Of a stretch of DNA of 64,000 nucleotides, positions 54,133 through 64,000 are shown one piece after another. Positions within the stretch are counted from its first letter, which is position 1; each line of letters begins with the position of its first letter. The stretch covers positions 1,385,487 through 1,449,486 of the forward strand of contig GL947595.1 of the NCBI GenBank assembly GCA_000218745.1. Reading direction: 5' to 3'. This stretch comes from Prochlorococcus marinus bv. HNLC2. GTDB taxonomy: Bacteria; Cyanobacteriota; Cyanobacteriia; PCC-6307; Cyanobiaceae. Below the pieces are notes generated by a model. It was not told the DNA's origin and did no database searches. It worked only from the letters and a program-made list of their open reading frames with translations. A program made the translations under genes and the position numbers.

Positions 54133-55419
54133 ATGAAAATTATTGATAACAAAATTGAAACCGTTAAGCAACTCAAAAAGATAGCTGAGAGAACGAATAT
54201 TGAAAATAATGATGAGATTAATCTTACAGTTAAAAATATTCTTGAGGATATAAAAAAAAATGGTGATACCGCTATAAAAAAATATACTTTACAATTTGAT
54301 GGGTTTAATCCTGAACCAATGGGAGTAGCATTTGAGGAAATAGAAGAGGCATGGTACTCCACAAATAGTGAATTGCAAGAAGCTTTAAAAAATGCAAAAA
54401 ATAGAATTGAAAAATTTCACAAAGAACAAGTACCTAAAAATATCTTACTAAAGGGAATTTATGGAGAGTGTGTTCAAAGGAAATGGTTACCTGTTAATAA
54501 AGCAGGCATATATATCCCAGGAGGTAGAGCTTCATATCCAAGCACTGTTTTAATGAATGCGATTCCAGCGCAAGTAGCTGGTGTTAAAGAGATTATTATG
54601 GTTTCTCCAGGGAATAAAGAAGGCAAGATCAATCAAACAGTATTAGCAGCAGCTTACATAACTGGAATCAAAAATATTTTTAGAATTGGAGGTGCGCAAG
54701 CGATAGGAGCTTTAGCTTTTGGAACCAAAGAAATTAATAAAGTTGATGTAATTTCTGGCCCTGGAAATATATTTGTTACTACAGCAAAAAAACTTATTTT
54801 TGGATCAACTGGAATTGATTCACTTGCTGGTCCAAGTGAAATACTTATCATTGCAGATGATACTGCTGATATTAACCAATTGGCAACTGATTTATTAGCC
54901 CAAGCAGAACATGATCCTTTTGCTGCCGCAATTCTATTAACTACTTCCTTAGAAAAAGCGAATGAAGTATCCCACAAGATTTATCAAAAATTGGAGAATC
55001 ATCCCAGAAAAGAGATTTGTATGAAATCAATCAAAGATTGGGGTTTAATAGGAATTTGCGAAAACTTGGAAACATGTATTGAACTAAGTAATAAATTTGC
55101 ACCAGAACATCTTGAAATTATCACCAAAAGTCCTCATGAAATACTTGAAAGTATTGAAAATGCAGGAGCAATTTTTATTGGTAAATGGACCCCAGAAGCT
55201 GTAGGTGATTATCTTGCTGGACCAAATCACACCTTACCAACATCTGGTAATGCAAGATTCAGTGGTGCTTTAGGAGTTGAAACTTTTATGAAAAATTCCT
55301 CAATAATTGAATTTAATGAGCAAAGTTTGCATAACAACAAAAATGACATAATTAATCTTGCCAATAGTGAGGGGCTTCATAGTCATGCAGATTCAGTAAA
55401 AGTTAGATTTAAAAATTAA
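54133..55419 (+). CDS. hisD: Histidinol dehydrogenase
   Basis: [71 protein letters not shown]. Confidence 0.98.
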   Translation: MKIIDNKIETVKQLKKIAERTNIENNDEINLTVKNILEDIKKNGDTAIKKYTLQFDGFNPEPMGVAFEEIEEAWYSTNSELQEALKNAKNRIEKFHKEQVPKNILLKGIYGECVQRKWLPVNKAGIYIPGGRASYPSTVLMNAIPAQVAGVKEIIMVSPGNKEGKINQTVLAAAYITGIKNIFRIGGAQAIGALAFGTKEINKVDVISGPGNIFVTTAKKLIFGSTGIDSLAGPSEILIIADDTADINQLATDLLAQAEHDPFAAAILLTTSLEKANEVSHKIYQKLENHPRKEICMKSIKDWGLIGICENLETCIELSNKFAPEHLEIITKSPHEILESIENAGAIFIGKWTPEAVGDYLAGPNHTLPTSGNARFSGALGVETFMKNSSIIEFNEQSLHNNKNDIINLANSEGLHSHADSVKVRFKN

Positions 55420-56125
55420 GTTTTTTCATAGTAAAAACTTTTGGAATATTATTTTCAATTTTTCCAACTAACACTTTTGTCGTCAAATCTACAAATAATC
55501 CATTTTCTAGAACTCCAGGAATATTGTTAATTTCATATTCAACTTTATGTGGGTCATTTATTCCACCTTGAAATAAGACATCTAGTAGTAAATTTCCTTC
55601 ATCGGTAACAACAGGACCTGCTTTGTTCACCGCCATCCTTAAACTACTTTCAGCATTCATATCATTAATTGTATTTTGAACTTGCTTCCATGCACTGGGA
55701 ATAACCTCTACTGGGAGAGGAAAAACATTATTTAATTTATCTACCAACTTCGTTTCATCAACAACAATTAATAATTGATCTGCTTTTGTTGCAACAAGTT
55801 TTTCTCTAACATGACAGGCTCCACCTCCTTTTATTAGTTGATGACTTGGATCAACTTCATCAGCACCATCAATCGCTAAATCAATCTTACCAACCGAACT
55901 TAAATCTATTAGCTCAATACCAAGCTCTTGAGCAAGCACTTCCGATTGAAAAGAGGTAGGAACTCCTTTTATATTTTTTAGCTTTCCAGATTTAATATTA
56001 TCTGAGAGACTTTTAATCATTAAAGCAGCTGTTGAACCTGAACCCAAGCCAAGTATCATGCCATCTTTTACATCTTCTATCGCTGCATGAGCAACAGCAG
56101 TTTTCATTTGATTCTGTAAATCCAA
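55409..56125 (-). CDS. rpiA: Ribose-5-phosphate isomerase A
   Basis: [21 protein letters not shown]...[27 protein letters not shown]. Confidence 0.97.
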   Translation of the reverse strand: MDLQNQMKTAVAHAAIEDVKDGMILGLGSGSTAALMIKSLSDNIKSGKLKNIKGVPTSFQSEVLAQELGIELIDLSSVGKIDLAIDGADEVDPSHQLIKGGGACHVREKLVATKADQLLIVVDETKLVDKLNNVFPLPVEVIPSAWKQVQNTINDMNAESSLRMAVNKAGPVVTDEGNLLLDVLFQGGINDPHKVEYEINNIPGVLENGLFVDLTTKVLVGKIENNIPKVFTMKKLNF

Positions 56126-56174
56126 AATTTTAATTTAATTCTTAACTAAAGAATATTTAATTTCAGTAAGGACT

Positions 56175-57287
<1,113 letters not shown>

Positions 57288-57455
57288 TTATGTTAATTAA
57301 TTTATTAAATTACTTAGATTATTATATTAATTTTAAATGCATATTTTGGATTTTGGTCTAAAAACCTTTTTTGCTCTTTAAAAACAATTGTTTATGCAAT
57401 CTTTATGTCGACTCTATTATTAAGAATTAATATTAGTAATACTTAAGAAAAAATT

Positions 57456-57923
57456 TTGAATAAAGAAAATAAAGAGAAACTTTATTCTTTGGTTGAAAAA
57501 CTTGCAGAAGAATTTAATTTTAAAGTTGATAGTTTAAATATGCTAACAAATGAAAATCCAGCTATTTTAAAAATCATTCTTAAGAGAATTGATCAAAAAG
57601 ATATCACAATAGAAGACTGCTCTAATTTTACTGGGCCTGTAGAAAGTCTTATTGAGAGTTCGAAACTTATAAATTACAGATATGTTTTAGAAATTGGTAG
57701 TCAAGGAGTCAGTGATGAATTAACCTCTAATAGAGACTTCAAAACTTTTAAAGGTTTTCCGGTTAAGGTTGAATTAAATCACAAAATTTCTAATACTAAA
57801 ATTTTGAAAGGTTTACTTTATGAAAAGTCTAAAGATTACCTAGCCATTAACATTAAAGGTAAGATAAAAAAAATACCCTTTATTGAAGTATTTAAGGTTA
57901 GTCTTGCTACAATAGAAGACTAA
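57456..57923 (+). CDS. rimP: Ribosome maturation factor RimP
   Basis: [24 protein letters not shown]; directly upstream of nusA. Confidence 0.88.
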   Translation: MNKENKEKLYSLVEKLAEEFNFKVDSLNMLTNENPAILKIILKRIDQKDITIEDCSNFTGPVESLIESSKLINYRYVLEIGSQGVSDELTSNRDFKTFKGFPVKVELNHKISNTKILKGLLYEKSKDYLAINIKGKIKKIPFIEVFKVSLATIED

Positions 57924-57960
57924 ACTTTATCTCAAATCGTTTTTCATTTACCCATCATAG

Positions 57961-59316
57961 ATGGCATTAGTTATTCTCCCAGGTTTAAACAATCTTATAG
58001 ACGACATTAGTGAGGAAAAAAAACTTCCCCCTCAAGTCGTCGAAGCTGCATTGCGCGAAGCATTACTGAAAGGCTATGAAAAGTATAGACGCACTTTCTA
58101 CATTGGAATAAAGGATGATCCCTTCGAAGAAGAATATTTCAGCAATTTTGATGTTGGACTAGATCTTGATGAAGAAGGATACAGAATATTAGCAAGTAAA
58201 ATAATAGTTGAAGAAGTAGAGAGTGAAGATCATCAAATATCTTTAGCAGAGGTTCAACAAGTTGCTGATGACGCTCAAATTGGGGACACTGTTGTTCTTG
58301 ATGTAACTCCTGAAAAAGAAGATTTTGGCCGCATGGCTGCATCTACAACTAAACAAGTACTTGCTCAAAAACTTAGAGATCATCAAAGGAAGATGATTCA
58401 AGAGGAATTTGCTGACTTGGAGGATCCAGTTTTAACCGCAAGAGTAATTAGATTTGAAAGACAGTCAGTGATAATGGCAGTTAGTTCAGGCATTGGGAGG
58501 CCTGAAGTAGAGGCAGAGTTACCCAAAAGAGATCAACTACCAAATGATAACTATAGAGCGAATGCAACTTTTAAAGTATTTTTAAAAGAAGTTAGTGAAA
58601 TTTCACGAAAAGGACCACAACTATTTGTTAGCAGAGCAAATGCTGGGTTAGTTGTCTATTTATTTGAAAACGAAGTTCCTGAAATTCAAGAGGCTTCCGT
58701 TAAAATTGTTGCAGTTTCAAGAGAAGCTAATCCACCTTCCAGAGCTGTTGGACCAAGAACAAAAGTTGCTGTTGATAGTACTGAAAAAGAGGTTGATCCA
58801 GTTGGTGCATGCATTGGTGCTCGAGGAGCTCGCATCCAACAAGTTGTAAATGAACTGAGAGGAGAAAAAATTGATGTAATAAAGTGGTCACCAGATCCGA
58901 TACAGTACATACTAAATTCACTTAGCCCTGCAAAAGTTGATCTTGTAAGATTAGTCGATCCCGAAGGACAACATGCACATGTATTGGTTCCTCCCGATCA
59001 ACTTAGCCTTGCTATAGGTAGAGAAGGACAGAATGTCAGGTTAGCTGCAAGGTTAACAGGTTGGAAAATTGATGTAAAAAATTCTCATGAATATGATCAA
59101 GAATCAGAGGATGCAATAGTAGCAGAACTTATTTCACAAAGAGAGGAGGAGGAAAATCTTCAAAAAGAAGCTGAAAAGAGATTAGAAGCTGAACAAGCTG
59201 CCAGAGCAGAAGAAGATGCTCGCTTAAGAGAACTATATCCACTCCCAGAAGATGATGAAGATTTTGTTGACACAATTGATGAAGATAATGTTTCACAAGA
59301 GGAAAGAACACGGTGA
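57961..59316 (+). CDS. nusA: Transcription elongation factor NusA
   Basis: FGRMAA...KQ, S1 domain, SREA...RTKVAV, ACIGARG, GEKIDVI, AIGREGQNVRLAARLTGWKIDV. Confidence 0.98.
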   Translation: MALVILPGLNNLIDDISEEKKLPPQVVEAALREALLKGYEKYRRTFYIGIKDDPFEEEYFSNFDVGLDLDEEGYRILASKIIVEEVESEDHQISLAEVQQVADDAQIGDTVVLDVTPEKEDFGRMAASTTKQVLAQKLRDHQRKMIQEEFADLEDPVLTARVIRFERQSVIMAVSSGIGRPEVEAELPKRDQLPNDNYRANATFKVFLKEVSEISRKGPQLFVSRANAGLVVYLFENEVPEIQEASVKIVAVSREANPPSRAVGPRTKVAVDSTEKEVDPVGACIGARGARIQQVVNELRGEKIDVIKWSPDPIQYILNSLSPAKVDLVRLVDPEGQHAHVLVPPDQLSLAIGREGQNVRLAARLTGWKIDVKNSHEYDQESEDAIVAELISQREEEENLQKEAEKRLEAEQAARAEEDARLRELYPLPEDDEDFVDTIDEDNVSQEERTR

Positions 59317-59573
59317 GAAAAAATCGCCTTATTATGCGTAGATGTATTTCATGTCGAGTAGTTCAAGATAGACTTAAACTTTTGAGGTTTACGAATGATT
59401 TTGAATTAGGGTTAATGATTAATAAAGGTATTGGTCGTTCAGCTTACGTATGCAAAACTAAAAAATGTTCAAAAGACTCCAAGTTCAAAAAAAATCTACA
59501 AAAAGCTTTAAAACTGACAATTGATCCAAAGTTTTATGAGATTATTGACATGGAAATACAAAACTATAAATAA
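59313..59573 (+). CDS. ylxR: YlxR/RnpM-family RNA-binding protein (DUF448)
   Basis: RRCISCR, GRSAYVC...C, LQKALK; lies between nusA and infB with a GTGA overlap. Confidence 0.88.
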   Translation: MRKNRLIMRRCISCRVVQDRLKLLRFTNDFELGLMINKGIGRSAYVCKTKKCSKDSKFKKNLQKALKLTIDPKFYEIIDMEIQNYK

Positions 59574-59641
59574 CTTTCCCAAAAGGGAATATAATTAAAA
59601 CAAAGCTCTATTAATCCAAAGTAGAGTATATTTAAACTTCA

Positions 59642-62600
59642 ATGACACTCAGCGATAAAATCAGAATTTATGAACTCTCCAGAGATCTTAATCTGGAAAA
59701 TAAGGATATATTGGATGCAGCTCAAAAGCTTTCTATCTCAGTAAAAAGCCATAGTAGCTCAATTAGTTTAGATGATGCAAAAAAAATTAAAAATCTCATT
59801 AATAATAAAAACACTAAGAATGAAAAGATTATTTCTGTAAATAAATCTATTTCAAATACTAAAACTCAAAAAAAGCAACAAAAAAATTCAGAACTACAAT
59901 AAAAATAAAATTAATAAAAATCAAAATGCTCAAGTAGTAACTAAATCTCTATTAACTAAACCAAGTATTTCTAAATTTTCAGAAAAAAGTAATACTCCAA
60001 AAAAAAGAGAATCAATAAATCGTCCTCAAATAGTATCAACAGCTAAACCACAAAACTATACAAAAAACAATAATAAATTAAATAGTCCTAAATCTAACGA
60101 ACCTACAGTAAAAGATAAGAATAAGTTTAATAATCTAGTTCCTAGAGCTCCAAAACCTCCGATTCAACTTATAGAGAAACCAAAAAATATTAGTAAGAAC
60201 TCAAGAGATGGCTCGCAAAATAGATTAACTAATAATTTAATTTCTAGAAATAACAATACCTTAAAATCTGATAAGAATTCTCCTGTAAATCCAAAAAATA
60301 ATCCTAAAAAGCCGCCCTTAAATCCACCCGAACTTGTTGGGGCTCCCATAAGAAGAGAAAATAACCCTAACAGGCAGAATGTGAATAGACAATCTACAAC
60401 CTTTAGACAAACACCAAATAGTAATTCCAGCATTAATAATAGAAATAACAATCCCAATAGAACCAATTCACCAAATAGACCTTCTGCCCCTTCAAAGACT
60501 GGGAATCCCTCTAGATCTGGCCTTGCAAATAGAAGTGGAGGTCCAAATAGACCTAATGGTCAAAATAGACCAGGTTTGTCAAATAGAAGAGGAGAATTCA
60601 ATAGAAATAATCCTAAATTTAATCGACAAGCATCCACAGGCGTAAGAAAGCCAGTTGCTCCTAATGAATTAATGCAACTGCAAAAGACAAGATCTTCAAG
60701 TAACTCAAAACCTCCTCAAGGAGAATATAATAAACCCAAATCTGCCGATTTAAATAAACAGAAAGCTAAAGCACCTGTTAATAGACCCAACTCTGCCCCA
60801 ACTAATAAAAAGTCACCTCATAGAGCGAGCATTCCCTCTAAAAAAAATAACCGCGATTGGGATGATTCTGCAAAACTTGAAGCTTTAAGAAATAAAAATC
60901 CTCAGAAGCAAAGACAGAAAGTTCATATTATTGGTGAAAATGATGATTCTTTAACAACCGAAACTAGTGGTTTTGCAGGAGAACAAAAAAACACTATTTT
61001 ATCTGCAAGCTTAGCAAGGCCAACCAAAGCTAAGTCTAATAATGACAAAAACCAAAAAACAGCAAAACAGTTTAAGAAAAAGAAAAAAGAGACAACCAGG
61101 CAAAGACAAAAAAGAAGAGCGATGGAATTACGTGCCTCAAGAGAAGCTAAACAAGTAAGGCCAGAGATGATAATTGTTCCAGATGACAATCTTACTGTTC
61201 AAGAATTAGCAGATAAATTAAAACTTGAGAGTTCAGAAATCATCAAATCTCTCTTTTTTAAAGGTATAACTGCTACGGTTACCCAATCTTTAGATTTAGC
61301 GACTATTGAAACCGTCGCGGAAGAATTTGGGGTACCTGTTCTTCAAGACGATATTCAAGAGGCTGCTAAGAAAACTGTAGAAATGATTGAGAATGCAGAT
61401 ATTGATAATTTAATAACAAGACCTGCAGTTGTAACCGTCATGGGTCATGTAGATCATGGCAAAACTAGTCTTTTGGATTCCATTAGAAAAGCGAGGGTTG
61501 CCTCTGGAGAAGCAGGTGGGATAACCCAACATATCGGAGCTTATCAAGTAGAAGTTGAACATGAAAATAAAGTTAAAAAATTAACTTTTCTTGATACTCC
61601 TGGGCATGAAGCTTTTACAGCTATGCGTGCTAGAGGTACTAAAGTTACAGATGTAGCTGTTTTGGTAGTAGCAGCTGATGATGGAGTAAGGCCACAAACT
61701 CTAGAAGCAATTAGCCACGCAAGAGCAGCCAAAGTTCCTATAGTTGTTGCAATCAATAAAATAGATAAAGAAGGTGCTTCCGCGGATAGGGTCAAGCAAG
61801 AATTATCAGAGAGGGATTTAATCGCAGAAGACTGGGGAGGAGATGTCGTAATGGTACCCGTAAGTGCAATGAAGGGAGAAAATATAGATAAATTACTTGA
61901 AATGATTCTTTTAGTTTCCGAAGTTGAGGATCTTCAAGCTAATCCTGAAAGATTAGCCAAAGGAACAGTCATTGAAGCACATCTTGACAAAGCAAAAGGA
62001 CCTGTAGCTACTCTTCTTATCCAAAATGGAACATTGAGATCTGGTGATGTATTAGCGGCAGGTTCAGTATTAGGAAGAATAAGAGCAATGGTAGATGAAC
62101 ATGGCAATAGGATCAAAGAAGCAGCACCGTCATTTCCAGTTGAAGCATTAGGGTTTAGTGAAGTGCCAACAGCTGGAGATGAATTTGAAGTTTATCCAGA
62201 TGAAAAAACCGCCAGATCAATAGTGGGTGATAGAGCTACAGATGCGCGAGCAACAAAACTAGCTCAGCAAATGGCATCCAGAAGAGTAAGCTTATCATCA
62301 ATTTCTAGCCAAGCTAATGAAGGTGAGCTTAAAGAATTAAATTTAATATTAAAAGCAGATGTCCAAGGAAGCGTAGAAGCAATACTTGGATCATTAGAGC
62401 AGCTACCTAAAAACGAAGTGCAAGTAAGAGTATTATTATCTGCACCTGGAGAGATTACAGAAACAGATATAGATTTAGCAGCAGCATCAGGTTCTGTAAT
62501 TATAGGTTTCAATACTTCACTAGCTTCGGGAGCAAAAAGATCGGCTGATGCTAATGATGTTGATATTAGGGAATATGAAGTTATTTATAAACTGTTAGAG

Positions 62601-62948
62601 GATATTCAAGCAGCTATGGAGGGACTTCTTGAACCTGACTTAATTGAGGAAGAATTAGGTAAAGCTCAAGTTAGAGCTATATTCACTATTGGCAAAGGAT
62701 CCATTGCTGGGTGCTATATAAATAGTGGAAAATTACAACGAAACTGTTATGTTCGCGTTCGTAGAGAAGATCAAATTATATATGAGGGTAATTTGGATTC
62801 TCTGAAAAGATCTAAAGATGATGTTAAAGAGGTTAATACCGGTTTTGAATGTGGAGTAGGTTGTGATAAATTCACAAACTGGATTGAAGGAGATATTATA
62901 GAAGCCTATAAAATGGTTACTAAAAAAAGAACTTTGAATATAAATTAA
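59642..62948 (+). CDS. infB: Translation initiation factor IF-2, with one +1 frameshift within 59841-59900
   Basis: N-domain [11 protein letters not shown]; the next frame is open from 59841 through [12 protein letters not shown] to [22 protein letters not shown] and KADVQGS. Span 3307 = 3n+1. Confidence 0.95.
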
Positions 62949-63184
62949 TTTGATTTGTCTCTTTCAAAAAAGAAAAGAGTCGGAAACAATAAACATGCTG
63001 CTATTTGAATAAGAAGATTATTCATCTCTATCTCATTACCAGCTAATATTTTAGATCCCATTATAAAAATCCCCAAAAAAGCTGATCCAGTGCATGCAGC
63101 CCATATCAATCTTCTTAAACCCTTAAAAGGCGCTTTTGTTTCTCTTAGTAATTTTTTCTTCAATTCAGGGTCAATTTTTGACAT
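62945..63184 (-). CDS. DUF3493-family small membrane protein
   Basis: [14 protein letters not shown] followed by two hydrophobic helices. Confidence 0.7.
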   Translation of the reverse strand: MSKIDPELKKKLLRETKAPFKGLRRLIWAACTGSAFLGIFIMGSKILAGNEIEMNNLLIQIAACLLFPTLFFFERDKSN

Positions 63185-63239
63185 TAGAAATTTAGAACAT
63201 AAACTTAAGTTTAGTATGAAAAATCATTTACTGAAAATT

Positions 63240-63311
63240 GCCGGTATAGCTCAGAGGTAGAGCAACTGTCTCGTAAACAGTAGGTCGTAGGTTCAAATCC
63301 AACTATCGGCA
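63240..63311 (+). tRNA. tRNA-Thr (CGT)
   Basis: Acceptor GCCGGTA/TATCGGC, D-arm GCTC/GAGC, anticodon arm ACTGT-CTCGTAA-ACAGT, T-loop TTCAAAT; no encoded CCA. Confidence 0.95.
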
Positions 63312-63330
63312 TTATGAAAAACATTTTAAA

Positions 63331-64000
63331 ATGCCTTCAAAATCAATAAAAAATTTTTTTAAATTTTCTTTGTTTTTGCCAATACTTTTATATGTTGGAG
63401 AGCGAAGTTATTTATCTTATGACGAAGGTTTCTATGCTCTACAAGCAAAATGGATAATTCAAAATAAAAATTGGATAATACCAACATGGTGGGGTGAATA
63501 TTCCTTAGATAGAACAATTGGGATTCAATTTCTTATCGCAAAATCACAAGAAATTTTTGGTGATTCATCCTTTGCTGCCCATTTACCCGTAACTTTAGCT
63601 TCAGCATTAATGCTTTTTGTAACTTTTAAATTACATCAAATATTAATACATAAGCAGGAGGCAATATTTTCTGTATTAATTCTTTCAACAACCTATTTAT
63701 GGTTTAATTTTGCGCATTTGGCTACACAAGATATAATCTTTTCTTTATTAGTAAATATTGGTCTTTTCTCCTTCATTAAATTAGATAAAAACAAGAATCC
63801 ATTGCATTTTTTTTTATTTGGTGTATGGATTGGATTAGCTTTTATGATGAAAACTTTCTTTGTTTTTATACCAATTTTTGCAATATTACCTTTTCTTTTT
63901 TTTAAAAAAGAAATTTTATTAAATAAATCATTTTGGATTGGTCTTTTAATAGGTTTTGTCCCTTTTATATGGTGGTCTATTTCAATAGATCAATACATAG
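63331..64000 (+). CDS. ArnT/PMT-like (GT-C) membrane glycosyltransferase, 3'-truncated by the window edge
   Basis: ATG at 63331 and open to the window end. SYDEGFYALQAKW...W..P.WWG, AHLATQD and AFMMKT, with multiple TM segments. Confidence 0.8.
   Translation, partial: MPSKSIKNFFKFSLFLPILLYVGERSYLSYDEGFYALQAKWIIQNKNWIIPTWWGEYSLDRTIGIQFLIAKSQEIFGDSSFAAHLPVTLASALMLFVTFKLHQILIHKQEAIFSVLILSTTYLWFNFAHLATQDIIFSLLVNIGLFSFIKLDKNKNPLHFFLFGVWIGLAFMMKTFFVFIPIFAILPFLFFKKEILLNKSFWIGLLIGFVPFIWWSISIDQYI

Noticed and set aside
59868-59875. A-AAA-AAG slippery heptamer in infB suggesting a dnaX-like programmed -1 frameshift
   Set aside because: The heptamer is in the right phase, but rejoining IF2 needs a +1 shift (codon starts move from mod 2 to mod 0), not -1.
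60400-60800. Repetitive N/R/P-rich stretch (NRP-like units) as a repeat element
   Set aside because: It is in frame within the disordered IF2 N-terminal linker typical of cyanobacteria; there are no exact DNA tandem repeats.

Overview
AT-rich (roughly 30% GC by eye) core-genome segment of a Prochlorococcus-like marine picocyanobacterium. The assignment rests on split rpoC1/rpoC2, cyanobacterial atp operons, PII, hli, PSRP-3 and the ATPC RNA. Gene order: partial Hsp70-like gene, pyrR, gpmI, secG, groEL-groES, atpD-atpC, ycf65, pepP, CNNM-GTPase-nadD-nadE, DUF3326, main atp operon, ftsW-ccdA-ccsB, queF, glnB, tlyA, purB-fumC, Ski2-like helicase, bioF-K-C-D-A, rsmG, aldo/keto reductase, ferredoxin-ycf35-DUF2997, rlmN, hli, rpoC2-C1-B, tatD, rpsT, hisD, rpiA, degP, rimP-nusA-ylxR-infB, tRNA-Thr(CGT) and a partial ArnT-like glycosyltransferase. 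I saw no mobile element, CRISPR array, prophage or clearly novel multi-gene system. Main points for follow-up: (1) six single-base frameshifts, two in essential genes (rpoC2, infB), most likely sequencing or assembly errors; (2) a helicase whose Walker A segment has no canonical start codon; (3) possible loss of a 2Fe-2S ferredoxin next to atpG; (4) several small ORFs missed by the ORF track; (5) cis elements: a K-box, the ATPC RNA, an NtcA-like site and two long palindromes. All family assignments come from motif recognition and recalled gene order; no database searches were run.
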